Made by a program: the position numbers and the translations under genes | Part shown: positions 13,582 through 26,253 of the stretch, piece by piece | Layout: each line of letters opens with the position of its first letter | Numbering within the stretch: the stretch's first letter is position 1 | Assembly: GCA_051294905.1 (NCBI GenBank) | Contig: CM119371.1 | Span: forward strand, 27,158,001-27,222,000 | Reading direction: 5' to 3' | DNA from: Botryllus schlosseri | Taxonomy: Eukaryota | Length of the DNA: 64,000 nucleotides | Notes under the pieces: generated by a model | The model's input: the letters and a program-made list of their open reading frames with translations, nothing else | What the model was told of the DNA's origin: nothing | Databases searched by the model: none

Positions 13582-15102
13582 GGGCAGATACGGAAGGATA
13601 ATAATAAGAACCGGCCTGGTGTAAAATGACCAGTGTAGTCGAACCACCACCATGAACACCACAAACAAACAAACAAACATCTAACATGGAAAATAAATTA
13701 ACTTTACAGCCTTTGACAAACACAGTTACCATTGAAATCAGCAATTTAGGTCTTATTCGAAAGCAGAATAACAGCTGTTTTAGCGGACATATCAAATCAA
13801 ATGTTGGAAAGTTCATGTAAATTAGCCCAAAATATTATCTTACTGTGACCATATTCTATCAATATGGTCTGGCTAGCCAAATTCTCTGGGCCAACATAAA
13901 CAAGCTGCGTTTGGTTTAAATGATTAATAATCTTGTCACTGGATTCGAGGTATAATTGCACTCAAATATCAAATTTTGCTCCATTAATCAACATCAAGTT
14001 GAAAATGTCCATTCTTGCACCAACTTTTATAAAATCACGAATCAGTGTTCTACAGGTATGTATCTATATGACTTATATACCTAGAAAATTCAAGCATAAA
14101 TATTATGATATACCGTAGGTATAGGTACCGGTAATTCAGATGTTAGAAGCGACTTGGACAACTAGATAATTATAGTGGTATAATTTCACTAAATTAGAGC
14201 GAAATGCCAGCAATATAATTGTAATCTAATTCGGAAAAAACGGTTTAGCTCTAATTCTATAGCCTGGAAAAGCTGAAACTTTTCTATAGTTGTCTGCACC
14301 TGTTTGCAGAAAGTCAAACAGCTCTAGGTGTCATATACTACAGGCAATTCGAAATACCCCATAAGCTATATGCTACTGCGTATATACCTTTAACCCGCTA
14401 CCTCAGTCAGTCACAATTCCTATATATTTACGGCATTTACCATACAGAAAGAGCGAACTATGCCTGGCTGCGACATGTTGCGCGTCAAATCTTTGTCCGG
14501 CGCGATGACGTAAAATTTGAATCGCCGAAAATTCTAGAAGTCACGCATCGATAATCATATTCCTAAACGTACAACATCTCACTTATTTAGTTATTCTCTG
14601 AATAAAACTATTAGCCATACTCGTTGAACATGCGAGATTACCGAAAGAGCGAATATATATATAATGAAGATCATATATATCAGAAGAAAACAAAACTGTT
14701 CGACCTTAGAGCAACAACACGAATATACAACACCGGTGACATCCTCACGCAATAAAACGAAGGGAGAACATTGTTTTCTAATGGATAGAACGAAGCTACC
14801 GCATGAGATCGAACAACACCGGATAGGAATTCATCGTGATTGAATGTACCGACAAAGTCATCCTTTCTACGTATTTTAGTCATACCAGCGAGAGATAGAA
14901 AATTTGCATTATTAGGTTAACTACCGGATATAACGAAGCCTAATGCATGAGATGGAACAACACCGAGTATGAATTTATTCTGATTGAATATAACCACAAG
15001 ACCATCCTACTACGTATTTTAGACATTCCCTCGAGACTTAGAAAATCAGAACCTAATCGAGATGATCCCGGATGATCCTTTTACGGTTTTGTGTTTGCTG
15101 GG

Positions 15103-15870
15103 TTGTTGTTCTTGTGATAGAAAACCAATATGGTTGTAGTCACTGATTTTTGCCGAAATGACAAATGGAATGATTTCTATGTCGCGCGGGTTGGTATATA
15201 TGTGGTCGATCAAAGTGCTTGACTTATCGGTTATGCGCGTAGGCTCGGTGATCATTTGGTAAATACCGGCGGATTTGATGGCGTTGGAGTATGCGTTGCC
15301 TTTGTGTTTTAAAAGGTTTATGTTAATATCTCCCGCAATGAAACACATCTTATTGTCGCTATTGACTTTGTCCAGTGAGTGCTCCAACGCTTTTGCGAAT
15401 TGGTTCATGTTTTTCGTGGGATGACGGTACAATACGGCCACAAGAAAAGATTTGTGAATTCCAATTGGGTGATCAACTTCCAGCCATAACTCTTCGCAAT
15501 CTTTGACATTCAGATCGTAGTCCGTGCAGATTTCGTATGGAATGTTTTCTTCAATGTAAAGACCAACACCTCCGTAAGGTTTCTTTGACTTCGGTGCCGG
15601 AGTATACTCGAAGTTGTATCCCGATATATCAACATTTTGCGTGGGTTTGGTTGAAAAGTTTATTTCTGAAATCGCTACGAGGGTAGGTAACTTCAGATCA
15701 ACGATAAGGTCTTTTAACTCATCATGGTGGGAATTAGATTGCAATCCTCCGATATTTGTATGAATCAAACTAATTTGTTTGCCCTTCGGGGCTTGCAGAA
15801 TTGATGCCGTCTCGTTGATCGATATTGTGTTACTCTTTCTGATCAGTGGGAAACTATTTTCATTCGTCAT
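15103..15870 (-). mobile_element. LINE ORF2 APE-type endonuclease domain
   Basis: HTNIGGL, VAISE, GGVGLYI, LYRHP, IAGDININL, EPTRI, LIDHIYTN; final SDH motif reads SDY. Confidence 0.92.
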
Positions 15871-16139
15871 GATTCCGAGTTGACCCAAATTTCCATGTTG
15901 TTTTGTGGTTACTAAGTTATCTTGAATCAAGTAAATCGTTGGTTGTGAAAGAAAAATTTTCGAATCCCTCCATTGCATAAATTAGTATTTTTTATGAATT
16001 TCCAGTTTGAATCGGATTAGGATTGGACATGGACTTGAATATGAAAAAGTTATGGATTAGGATTTGGATTTGGATTTGAAGGTTCGGAATTGGATTGGAT
16101 TAGGACATAAAAATTTCAAATCCGCTTATCTCTGCCAAC

Positions 16140-16441
16140 TACGTACGTATAGTTTAGCATTTCTACGTATATGTGAGCGATAAAGCGCCATCTTGCGTTT
16201 ATATTTAACTCTATATTCGTTCATTGGTCCAGAATCAATGACCACTAATACCTCATACGTCGAAAAGTCAACTTGACTTGAATTGTGACTTGACTCGTGA
16301 CTTGACTTGACTTGACTCTACTTGACTCGACTTGACTCGAGTCACTTCCAAAAATCGGGTGACTTGACTTGACTCGAGTCAAAATGTGCAATGACTCGAA
16401 ATGACTCGTGACTCAAAGGTAGTGACTTGATCCCAACACTA
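16140..16441 (-). mobile_element. Partial CAGTGTTGGGA-family MITE
   Basis: Reverse complement of 30817-31220 (gacttgatcccaacact end, GACTT/GACTC repeats). Confidence 0.7.
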
Positions 16442-16864
16442 TTGATTGGTTGAATAAGCGTCATTCGCTGACTGTGCCCATGCAAAAATCTCGAAAATGC
16501 TGCAGAGTCATGTATACAGCGTATACGTCTCTCTCTTCACAGCAGACCATTTTCGCTGAGACTCAGTTAACCTCTTGCTGAAAAAAGCCAGAGGTACATA
16601 TCTGCCATTCTGGTACTCATTGATGACTGCGCTCAAAGCAACTTGACTCGCATCTGTCACAAGCTATACAGTGTACAGGCTCTTGGAATGTCGGAAAAAC
16701 CAATCTCGCTGCATCTATCAAAGCTGCTTTGATCTGCTCAAATGCACTCTGTGTCGCACTGGATCATTGGACCTTACTTCGAGCCCTGGTTCCCTTCAAC
16801 AAGTCATACAATGGCTACATATAAAAATTGTTACCTGTTTCCAATCCCTAGCATAAGTTAGTAC

Positions 16865-19800
16865 CAGTGGCGGCTCGTCCTATAGGGCAACTGGGGCATT
16901 GCCCCACCTAAAATTCTGTTCAATAACAATTTAACCATTTATAGACGCACAGCAATCAATATATACCGAGATCACAGCGAAACCCGCGTTCTTCTTGTGC
17001 TTTCGCTTGCAAACGCCCATACATAGCGAAGTCTCTGCGAAAATCGAATTCTCTTCTGTGTTTTCGCTTTGTGAATGCCTAGCCGGGGCTTGCCCCGGTA
17101 GCGCTCATAACAAGCTTTCACTATCTATTCTCTCAAAGCCGCGCACAATAAAGAAACGGTGATTTACTCTCTCCTATTCGTAAAATGGCCGAGCAACCGG
17201 GGCAAATATGCCTACTCGCCCTTAAGGTGTGATGTAACAATCGTATCTATATCTGAACTCGGTTACCGTAATATGCGTTGAGTCGACCTTTGCTGGAATA
17301 GGTCGATTTTGACGGTGTTTCGCACCATGATAATTCTTGAAACTTGGTATGATATGTCGTGAAGGTAGTATTTAACACTGCTCCAAGTTTCAGGCTTGCT
17401 ACTTAAAGATAATGGTAGTAATTCCGTTTCCGAAGTTCAGTGTGTGCTGATCTATCATGTACAATGTACATAGTACAGCAAACAGATTTTACTCAAAAGC
17501 CGGTATTGGTCTCCATTGATTTTGACGATGTTCTATACCGAGATCGGTCATGACATTTGGCACGGTAAGTGTTAGTATCGACCGCTGTAACAAGTTTTAA
17601 GTTTGTCACTGAACTATGTGGGTGGTAATTTCGTTTCCAAAGTAGAGTAAGAGCTGACTCTTCATTTATCGCCAACAAATTTACGCAAAAGCCGTTATTG
17701 GTCTCTATTGATTTTAACGATGTTCCATACCTAGATCTGTCATGAGCTTTCACACGGTATGTCTTGATTTTAGTATCGAACACGGTGCCAAGTCTTAAAG
17801 TTGACACTCAATGATTGAGGCAGTTATTTCGTTTTCGAGGTCGAGTATGGTAGAGATGCGCGCTGATCTGATACTTAGCCTACCTACGTCATTGTGGATC
17901 TCACGCAAAAGCCGGTGTCGGTCTGTGCTAATCTATATAGTCTGCGTTCCATAACGAGATCGGTGATGATATTTCCAATGGTATATCTCGATGATCGGAT
18001 GAAACAGCTAACCAAGATTCTCGGTTTGCATTCAAATATTCACATAATTTTATGTTCGCCAATGTCCATTTCACTGTGAAATTGTGGCCTTCAAACCATT
18101 TGCTTACAATCCCCTGTCAATTGCGATAGCTATTTCATTTTCGATGTCGGCTAACAGCTGATCATTCGATCAGCCTATTCCTCGATCTATTTTACTCAAA
18201 GTCAGGTGTTCGTCTGTTTGTATTGATATTGACAGTGTACCATACCGGAATGGGTTATGAGATTGCGTATGCTACTTCTCGATGATTTCTTGTAACAGTA
18301 TACTAAGTTACGGCTTTTATTCATGTATTTATTGATTAATATATTTTCCAACGGCGATTTCGCAGCAGACTTATAGACAGTAAGCCGTATGTGTTGTGTC
18401 ACAGTCTCCAGTTTCAAGGCCAAAATGTCCTACGTTGTTCCGAGACCGAAGTTCCGAGGCTGCTGTCCTTAGTTCTTCAAAGACCATTCAAATTGATGTT
18501 CTGGATTCAATATAACAGGCCCAATCTATGAGATAACAATTGCGTATGTGTCCGAACTCGTTGACCTTTCCAGTTAGGCTTACGCAATCTCTCGAGTTCT
18601 AGTCATTGGAATTACTCAGGTCAAGTCAAGTGCGAACATGAATCGTATTGAATCTTTATTCCGTACGTAGTTTACGCAGTTGCCTTTAGAGCAAAAATGA
18701 GAGGTCTAGAAGTTGTCCAGTCTATTGATCCAATCGTACGCCGGGTGCCTCCGCTTTGGTTGCCTATTATCACCTGGTCGTAACCAGAGATGGCCACAGT
18801 CCGGTTCAGGAGCAGGAGCAGGATTTCAATGTTTTTTTACCTGGCCGGACTCGATCCGGATTTCGAATTTGGGGTGACGGTCGGATTTTAGGGTCTATCG
18901 ATTTGCGTAATCTATAACTCTACCATGAAATCAAAACGCATGCTACTAAGGATGACCTGATACTTGATTCGTGGCATAGGGACGATTCTTAGTTCACGTA
19001 CATTTTGTAAAATAATCCTTTGATTAAAAATAAATGAATAAAACATTTGTTACCACACTTCAAGTCACGGCTCACCGGCAAACCTCTCGCGGCACCTACG
19101 GTAAAATCACTGTTGTCGGGAAATTCATGTGACCATCATAAAGTTACTTTTTTACGTTGGAAAACGCCATTGTGACGTCATGTTGATAAAAGTCGCTCGC
19201 AGCCCTTGCCCCACCACCCGATATTGTCACGAGCCGCCACTGCTGAGATGATGATATCATTCTCAGATTCCATTCAAATATTTACTTTGATATTATATCC
19301 TCCAATGTCAATTTCACCGTGAAATTGTGGCCGTCAAGCCATTTGCTTACAACCCTCTCAAGCGCGATAGCTATTTAGTTTTCGATGGCGGCTAACAGCT
19401 GATCACTTGATCAGCCTATTCCTCAGTAAATTTTACGCAAAATTCGGTGTTGGTCTGTTCGCATTAATTTTGACAGTGTGCCATACCGAAAAGGGCCATG
19501 AGGACACTTCTCGATGATGTCATGTAACAGTGTACTAAGTTTAAGGCTTTCATCCACGTATTTATTCGGTAATATATATTCCAAAGGCGATTTCGCAGCA
19601 GACCTATAGACAGTAATAAAGCCGTATGTGTCGTGTTACAGTCTCCAGTTTCAAGGCCAAAATCTTCTATGCTGTACCGAGACCGAATTTCCGAGGCTGC
19701 TATTCTTATAGTTCTTCAGAATGATGTTTTGGATTCAATATGACAGGCCCAATCTATGAGATAACAATTGCGTGTGTGCGTATGAGTCCGGACTCGTTGA

Positions 19801-20194
19801 CCTTTCCAGTTAGGCTCGAGTTATCGTTATGAGATAACAATTGCGTATCTATCCGAACTCGTTGACCTTTCCAATTAGGCTTACGCTATCTCTCGAGTTA
19901 TAGTCATTTCCATTTCTGCAGATAATTAGTCAGGCCTAGTGCGAACATGAACCGTGTTGAATCTTTTTTCCGTACGCCGTTTACGCAGTTACCATACTTC
20001 AAGTCACAGCTCACCGGCGGACCTCTCGAGTCTCGTGGCACATACGTTAAAATCACTGTTGCCGGGAAATTCATGTTACCGTACCATCATTAAGTTACTT
20101 GTTTACGTTGGAAAACGCGATTGTGACGTCATCTTGATAAAAAGTCGCTTGCAGCCCTTGCCCCACCACCCGATATTGTCACGAGCCGCCACTG
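16865..20194 (+). mobile_element. Composite hAT non-autonomous element (CAGTGGCGGCTCG TIR) with duplicated right half
   Basis: TSD GTTAGTAC at both outer ends; extra internal right end GAGCCGCCACTG at ~19242; degenerate ~200-bp internal tandem units. Confidence 0.88.
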
Positions 20195-21648
20195 GTTAGT
20201 ACCCTAGAATCGAACAATATATTTAGTTTTTTTTACACAAAGATCTTTGGCTTAAAAGAGGAAATTTATACTGAAAGATATATAACGCGGAGCGAATGTT
20301 TGTTGATGTTGTACTTGTGTAATCTGACTCCAGAAGGTTACTTGTGGCATTCGTTGCGTATGTCTTCCCTTCGACGGACCGGCGTACCACGAAGCCTGTC
20401 TAGTACACTTATTCGAAGATCACACGGACAGCTGTTTTTGTTCTGTCTCCACGACTTGTAATTTTATTGAATCAGCGTACGACGACGTGATAGCATTTTG
20501 ATCATGAAATTGAAGGGAATGTGTATACGTCGTATTACGCGCATTATATATTAAAGCGACGAGAGATTACATGCACGAGATATCGTAACATTTATTTCTT
20601 CCTACCTCGATTTCACACGACACATACACGACTCATGAATGTCTTATCGGGTTTTCACTACATGGAATTAAGTATTGTTTCGTGATAATCCTCCTCGATC
20701 AAATATAAAAATGGCGTTAACAATATATTCAGTTATACCTACATGTAGCGTATTTCGCTCTTGATATTGTGTGATTGCGAGCCAACTTTTGTAACAAAGC
20801 AGGTAAAATTTCCAAGCAAATATGTTATGATGACGTTAATATTGTAATATATACGAAAAAAGTTCACAGTGCAGAACCAACGAAATTTCGTTTGTGAACG
20901 TGAACCTCTCAATTTCCGAGGTTCACACATAGAACGCGTGCGTGAACCTCGCGTTCAGACCATCACTATCTACTACCCCTAAATATAGTGATTTTGCTGT
21001 ATTTTGATTTAAAAGAGTCATTTGTGTGTCAAAATAACAAATAGATCGGATTTCTAAACTTTAGAGTACGAGTGAACCAAGTTTCTATCTCGCCATTTCA
21101 GCGAAAATTTGAGATTTTGGTCAAAATAGCCCCATGGGTTATCTCCAAAACAAGTGCCAATTTGAAAAAAACTAAGGTCATATTCGGAATCAGTGCCCTT
21201 CAGAACCCCCAAAACCATTCTTACTTTGTGTGCCTAAAAATATGTGTTGACCAGTGTTATTTTTGTAATACCATAATATGAACTTCTTAGGAAGTGGCAT
21301 TCTAGAAAATTTGTTACAATTTAGTGGCTATATCGTCGTTCTAAAGCACTTCGATTTAAATCCTTGCTTCTTTGATTGAAAAGTATGCATGAAGTATGAC
21401 ATGATCTTATTAGCAAATATAATATTTCTCTCTATTCTATTGTCTATCTGCGCACTCTGCACATATGCTTGACGGAAAGACCATAAAAGCATCAGAGAAC
21501 ACCTACACGCCTTCACCAGCCACTCCTAATTCAGGGACATCTTTTTATCGGTGCAGTGTCCTGGTAACAAGTCACAATCTAGCATCGATGTATGATTAGT
21601 ACGATGCTCCTGTGACGTTTAAAATCGCATTATAATTAGAATTATTAC

Positions 21649-23200
21649 CAGGGTTCTAACCAAGTCACAAGGCTCCGAGTCACAAGTCAATCTCACTTTT
21701 ATAGTTTTGACTCGAGTCAAGTCGAGGTATTTTCAATTCACCATCGAAACAAGTCCGACTCCAAGTCAGCGAGCAGAGGGTCGTGTCCGAGTCATGGTAT
21801 TATGACTCGATTACGAGTCTAAGTCAATATGTTGACTGATCAATTTACAGGTAATGTCTTGTTAAACCCACTTTTAATAACTCTGTTTGGTGATATCCAA
21901 TGGTTCGCATTTACAATATACTAATTTTCCTCACTTGTAGCCGTTCCTGGTCGTATTTTTAAGTACCAGTACCAATGGACGAAATCCCAGTGGTTTGGCT
22001 ACTTTACTATTCTTCGAAATTACAATGAAATGTCGATCTTGGCCGTCGGAGCCTCGAGTCATATGACTTGGTTCGAGTAAAGCGCAATGACTTTAGTCAA
22101 GTCGATTCAATACACATAGGGACTCGAGTCGAGTCGAGTCGAGTCATTTTCGCAGTTTGAGAAAATCACTAGGGATGGTGTGAACGTGAGGTTCACGTTC
22201 GCGTTCTGTGTGTGAACCTCGGAAATTTAGAGGTTCGCGTTCACAACAGAACCTTGGTAGGTTCTGCACTGTGAACCTTTTTCATATATTGCAATATTAC
22301 AAACTCTATGTATGGTGCTGGCAGCATTAAAAATCACCACTAAACGAGCATGCACCTTGACAATCTCAAAAGTTTTACTTGCTTTGTTACAAAAGTTTGC
22401 TCGAAATATCCAGCTTTCCGTTTGTGAATATTTATTGACTCTCTGTTGTGAGTTTGACCCGCAATCAACAACATCATGAGCGAAATACGTAGTCAGCGAA
22501 TAATTCTTATTCAACCAATCAATGAGATTGATATCGTTTTCTGATGAAACATAATCTTGCAGGCGTACGGGGTCAATCTTGACTCCATATCTTTACTGCA
22601 TCATTAAAACTAAATCCGTGCCATTGAGGTGTTGGCTACTGCTGTATAGTGTATACCTTGTTAATGCGATAATATTTAAAGCAAGTATAGAAAGCCGTTT
22701 TACACTCAGCTCAATATCAATGTAGCGATACTCAGACGCCGAATCCATTGTCCTGTCTGGTCTAGACCGTTGAGGCGTAAGCTTATATTCCCTGGTAAGT
22801 CCTCGTCGAAATTGTTGGCAAAGCGATGGAAGGTATTGATTTTATGGGAGTATTATATCCTTTAATTGCCTCACTTGATACATTTAGCGACGTTTAAAAC
22901 GCCAATATGTACTCTGGCATTGTGGCATTATGTGGCACGAGTCGTCGCTAAGTATCGTGTATATAATTGTACATTAATATAGGCTATCACTTCATTGAAA
23001 GATTGAGTTGGAATTAGTAATATGACGTCACGTGACGTCATGAGGTTCACGTTCGTGTTCACACAGAACCTTTCAAAAAGGTTCGCGTTCACACGAACCT
23101 GAACCTTTCAGAGGTTCACACCATCCCTAAAAATCACTCGATTCAAATCGAGTCAACAAAAAATAGTGACTCGTGTCGGAGTGCAGTGCTAATTGAACTC
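21649..23200. mobile_element. CAGGGTT family MITE (GACTCGAGTC-rich), interrupted by 22170-23129
   Basis: cagggttctaaccaagtcacaagg start; homologous to 11371-11851 and 32367-33529; right end not clear. Confidence 0.7.
22170..23129. mobile_element. hAT-type element TAGGGATGGTGTGAAC...GTTCACACCATCCCTA
   Basis: Perfect TIR and 8-bp TSD AAAATCAC; related copies at 38460-41064 and (inverted, partial) ~20740-20970. Confidence 0.88.
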
Positions 23201-24850
23201 AACCCGAGTTCATGAGCTTCATTTCTCTCATGTGACTTCGCGCCCCTCAAGGGGGTAGGGCGGAACGGATCGACAAATTCTCTGGTCAGGATCCGATCCT
23301 GTTCTTCCATTATCTGGTCCGGCTTCGAACCGTTTATGTGATGTTTATTCAAACATGTCCATAAAATATCAAAGATTTCATAAAGAAAATCTTTCCCCAT
23401 CATCGGGTCATCTCGTCTCAGTCGTTGCCAAAATCGGATTTGCATTCGCAGTCGTAGTGGACGCCGTCGTAAGTTGTCGCTCGTAGTCGCTCAGCCCATC
23501 TCATCGCAGCAGTCGATGTCGATTCGTAGTCGCGGTCGTAGTAGGAGCTGCCAGTACTTGGCGCTCGTTTGCGTGTGTTTTTCATATAAATTTGGTGGAG
23601 TGGTGGTGGGGTGGGGTAGGGTAGGGGGGTGGATAGGGGAGGTTAGGGGAGGGTTTAGTGATTTAGGGTGGGGTACAGTGGGATGGGATATGAGGTTTGG
23701 GGGTTGGGATATGTTGTAGGTGGATTGGTTGGGTTTTGTGGGTCGATAAATACAATAAGATTTATCGCGCAAGCGTTTAATGGGCTCGATTAAATTATTA
23801 GGTATATTTTACTTCTTATATCGTTGATGCGTTGGTGAATATTTTGGGCGTATTCGTTTTTTATGTCGAGTGCATTTTTCCATTCCCACACAAGGGTTTT
23901 CACGTTCATAAAAGCTTTTATGATGGTCGGAGCTTTCGGCTCCGGCTCCGTCCGTATCAGGAACAGTACTGATCCGGATCTGATCTAGTTCCGGCCAAAC
24001 ATAAAAAGTCCGGGCGAATATCCAATCCGACTCCGGTCCATGATCCGCCCTGCAACGGGGTGTGCTCCCAGTTTAAGTACCACTTTCCTAAGCCAAGGGT
24101 GACACAATCATTGACGATTGACGCGGTTACAGCATTACAAAACAACATCCACATTGCAGAATGAATATTTACCGTCATATTTCGGTGGAAGCGGACAATC
24201 GCAATCACAAAACCCTCAATAAAGATGTCTTCGAGAGTATTTTACCGATGAAATTGACTTACCGCAAAACGTTGGATGCGAGATAAAATGTAAACAATCC
24301 GCTTCACAAACATCACTATCCACGGGGTTCGGTATTACAAAACTGAAATTAAGGCATATTGTTGCCGCGGTAAACTTTCCGCCTAGCTTCCAACTGGTCG
24401 AGTTTAAGTCGCACTGGATCATTAAGTTTTTCTTTAGCTTCATTACGGTAAATAAGTGCGGGAGTAATCGATCGGCGATGGCTTGACCTGTTATTTACCC
24501 AATCGCTTTATATCAAGCGAATCAAGCTAGCAACCATATATAACGCATATAGATTGTGAGGACACAGACGGGCGAATGAGCGCGAGGACTGAGTACCACA
24601 CGCGTTATAGGCTACGCCTATGTGAGTATAACCGGGGCTTGGATTTCGTGTGGGAAACAGGATATTAGACGAATGACGATGTTGTATATATATATGAATA
24701 TCATCCATTGTTTATTTCTGGTTACTTCGCGCGGTCGCCTTGCCGATAAGTATTTCGATGCCTATTTGGTAGGCCTATGAACTCGCTTCGAATAACCATC
24801 CGGGTCAAGCTTGCAGAAAGGTTTATTGACCCGGCTGCATCCTCATACGA

Positions 24851-26253
24851 CAGTGGTTCCCAACCTTTTTCGGCTCGTGGACCCCTTGGCCGATATTTGA
24901 GCCAAATTCCCCCGCTAAGAAAAAGTTGCCCGGATACTAAAAAGGTGCTTTTTTAACGCACGGCCATTTGTTGACTGAGCAATATATGCCAAAACGTATT
25001 CAGATATGCCCTAACTATATTAAATGCGGACCGCATTACACTTTCGTAAAGTACCGCTGACAACTTCCATATCAATTATTTGACACTAGGTGTATTGTTA
25101 TCAGTGGTGGCTTTTGGTGTGATCGGTCGCCCAGGGACCATTGGTCGAAGGATCCCCCATCTTTGGTTTAAGTGCTTTTTCAAGGATTATAGCGAATAAA
25201 CGTGGAAATCCGTGTACCAATCAAGAAGATGATTCCGTACGGATGGGTCGATCATCAAATCTCTGCATTTGTTAGAAAAGTTCCATAACCCGATAATCAA
25301 ACCTTGACGTGGTGTATTGGCTTATTACTAATGTCCCCCGATAGCTTGCCAAATAAATGTGGTCTACTAGCCTGCAGCAGTTGTATCGCTGCTTTAATAT
25401 TTCACGCTACATGCCATACATCTTCAATATGAAGACATGAGATATATTTAATTGGGTCACTTATTTTATAATTCTACAATGTATAATAAAAGAAGGCTCA
25501 GGAGCTGCAACAATTCAATATTGAAGCCTGCTTCAAAACCGTGTTACAGTGTCATACACGCGAGTGACGTAATTCAGGTTCATATGGCGCATTAATTTAG
25601 TTTGGTAATAATAGAAGCGAGGAGGGTCTGGGGGTGAAGTACCTCAAAAACTGCGATTACATACTTGTAGGGACCCGAGAAGTCTCGCCCAGGACCCCCC
25701 AATAGTAGGGCCACCACTGATTGTTATCAAAAATGTATTTAAATCAAAAGAAATTAGGTCATCACTTTCCGTTGTTCCGCCTGTTTTTTACTGGTCGTAT
25801 AGCTCCTGACGACAAATAAATCATTAAATTCGCTTTTGCGATAGCCTTGAGTTGAATCAATGAACTTCGTGTATTTCACGTTAGCAGAGATGCTTAAAAA
25901 AGGTAAACATTTTCCCCAGCTGCCTTTTTTTGCTGAATTCCCCCCGACTTTTCCCTGCTTGGTAGCAATTTGGTCGATAGGCTGTCGCGGGACCAATGAC
26001 ATCGTCTCACACGCCTCACTTTTTCAAGGGGTGGAAGATTATAGAGGCATATAAATATATATTTAGCTAAGAATCCGTCACAAGAGACCTTCAAAGAACT
26101 AGTTTCAAAGTTTGCAATTCTTACATATAAGTCGAAAAATGTTGCGAACCCGGTGTATCTTTCATTACAAAGCAAAAGCCAAATTCCCCCCTAAAAGTTT
26201 CGAAATTCCCCCCAAGGGGGGAATTCCCCCCCCCCCCCGGTTGGGAACCACTG
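24851..26253. mobile_element. hAT MITE CAGTGGTTCCCAACC...GGTTGGGAACCACTG
   Basis: 15-bp TIR, TSD TCATACGA. Confidence 0.9.
25102..25719. mobile_element. Nested hAT MITE CAGTGGTGGC...GCCACCACTG
   Basis: TSD ATTGTTAT. Confidence 0.85.

Larger units (their letters stand above)
9133..15102 (-). mobile_element. CCCAG/TT-TSD (EnSpm/CMC-like) non-autonomous element, copy 2, inverted relative to copy 1
   Basis: TT|CCCAGTAAACACAG...GTGTTTGCTGGG|TT. Reverse complement of 2073-8455 with scattered substitutions and indels; central ~11003-12118 differs. Excision restores LSQEQQ+RTPPETYH. Confidence 0.88.

Noticed and set aside
2073..15102. One giant 13-kb foldback element, or an assembly-artefact palindrome
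   Set aside because: Each arm has its own pair of TIRs and TT TSDs, the spacer is in-frame LINE sequence, and the arms differ by substitutions, indels and private insertions.
23474..23772. Pro-rich and Gly/Trp-rich overlapping ORFs
   Set aside because: By-products of a low-complexity G-rich tract.
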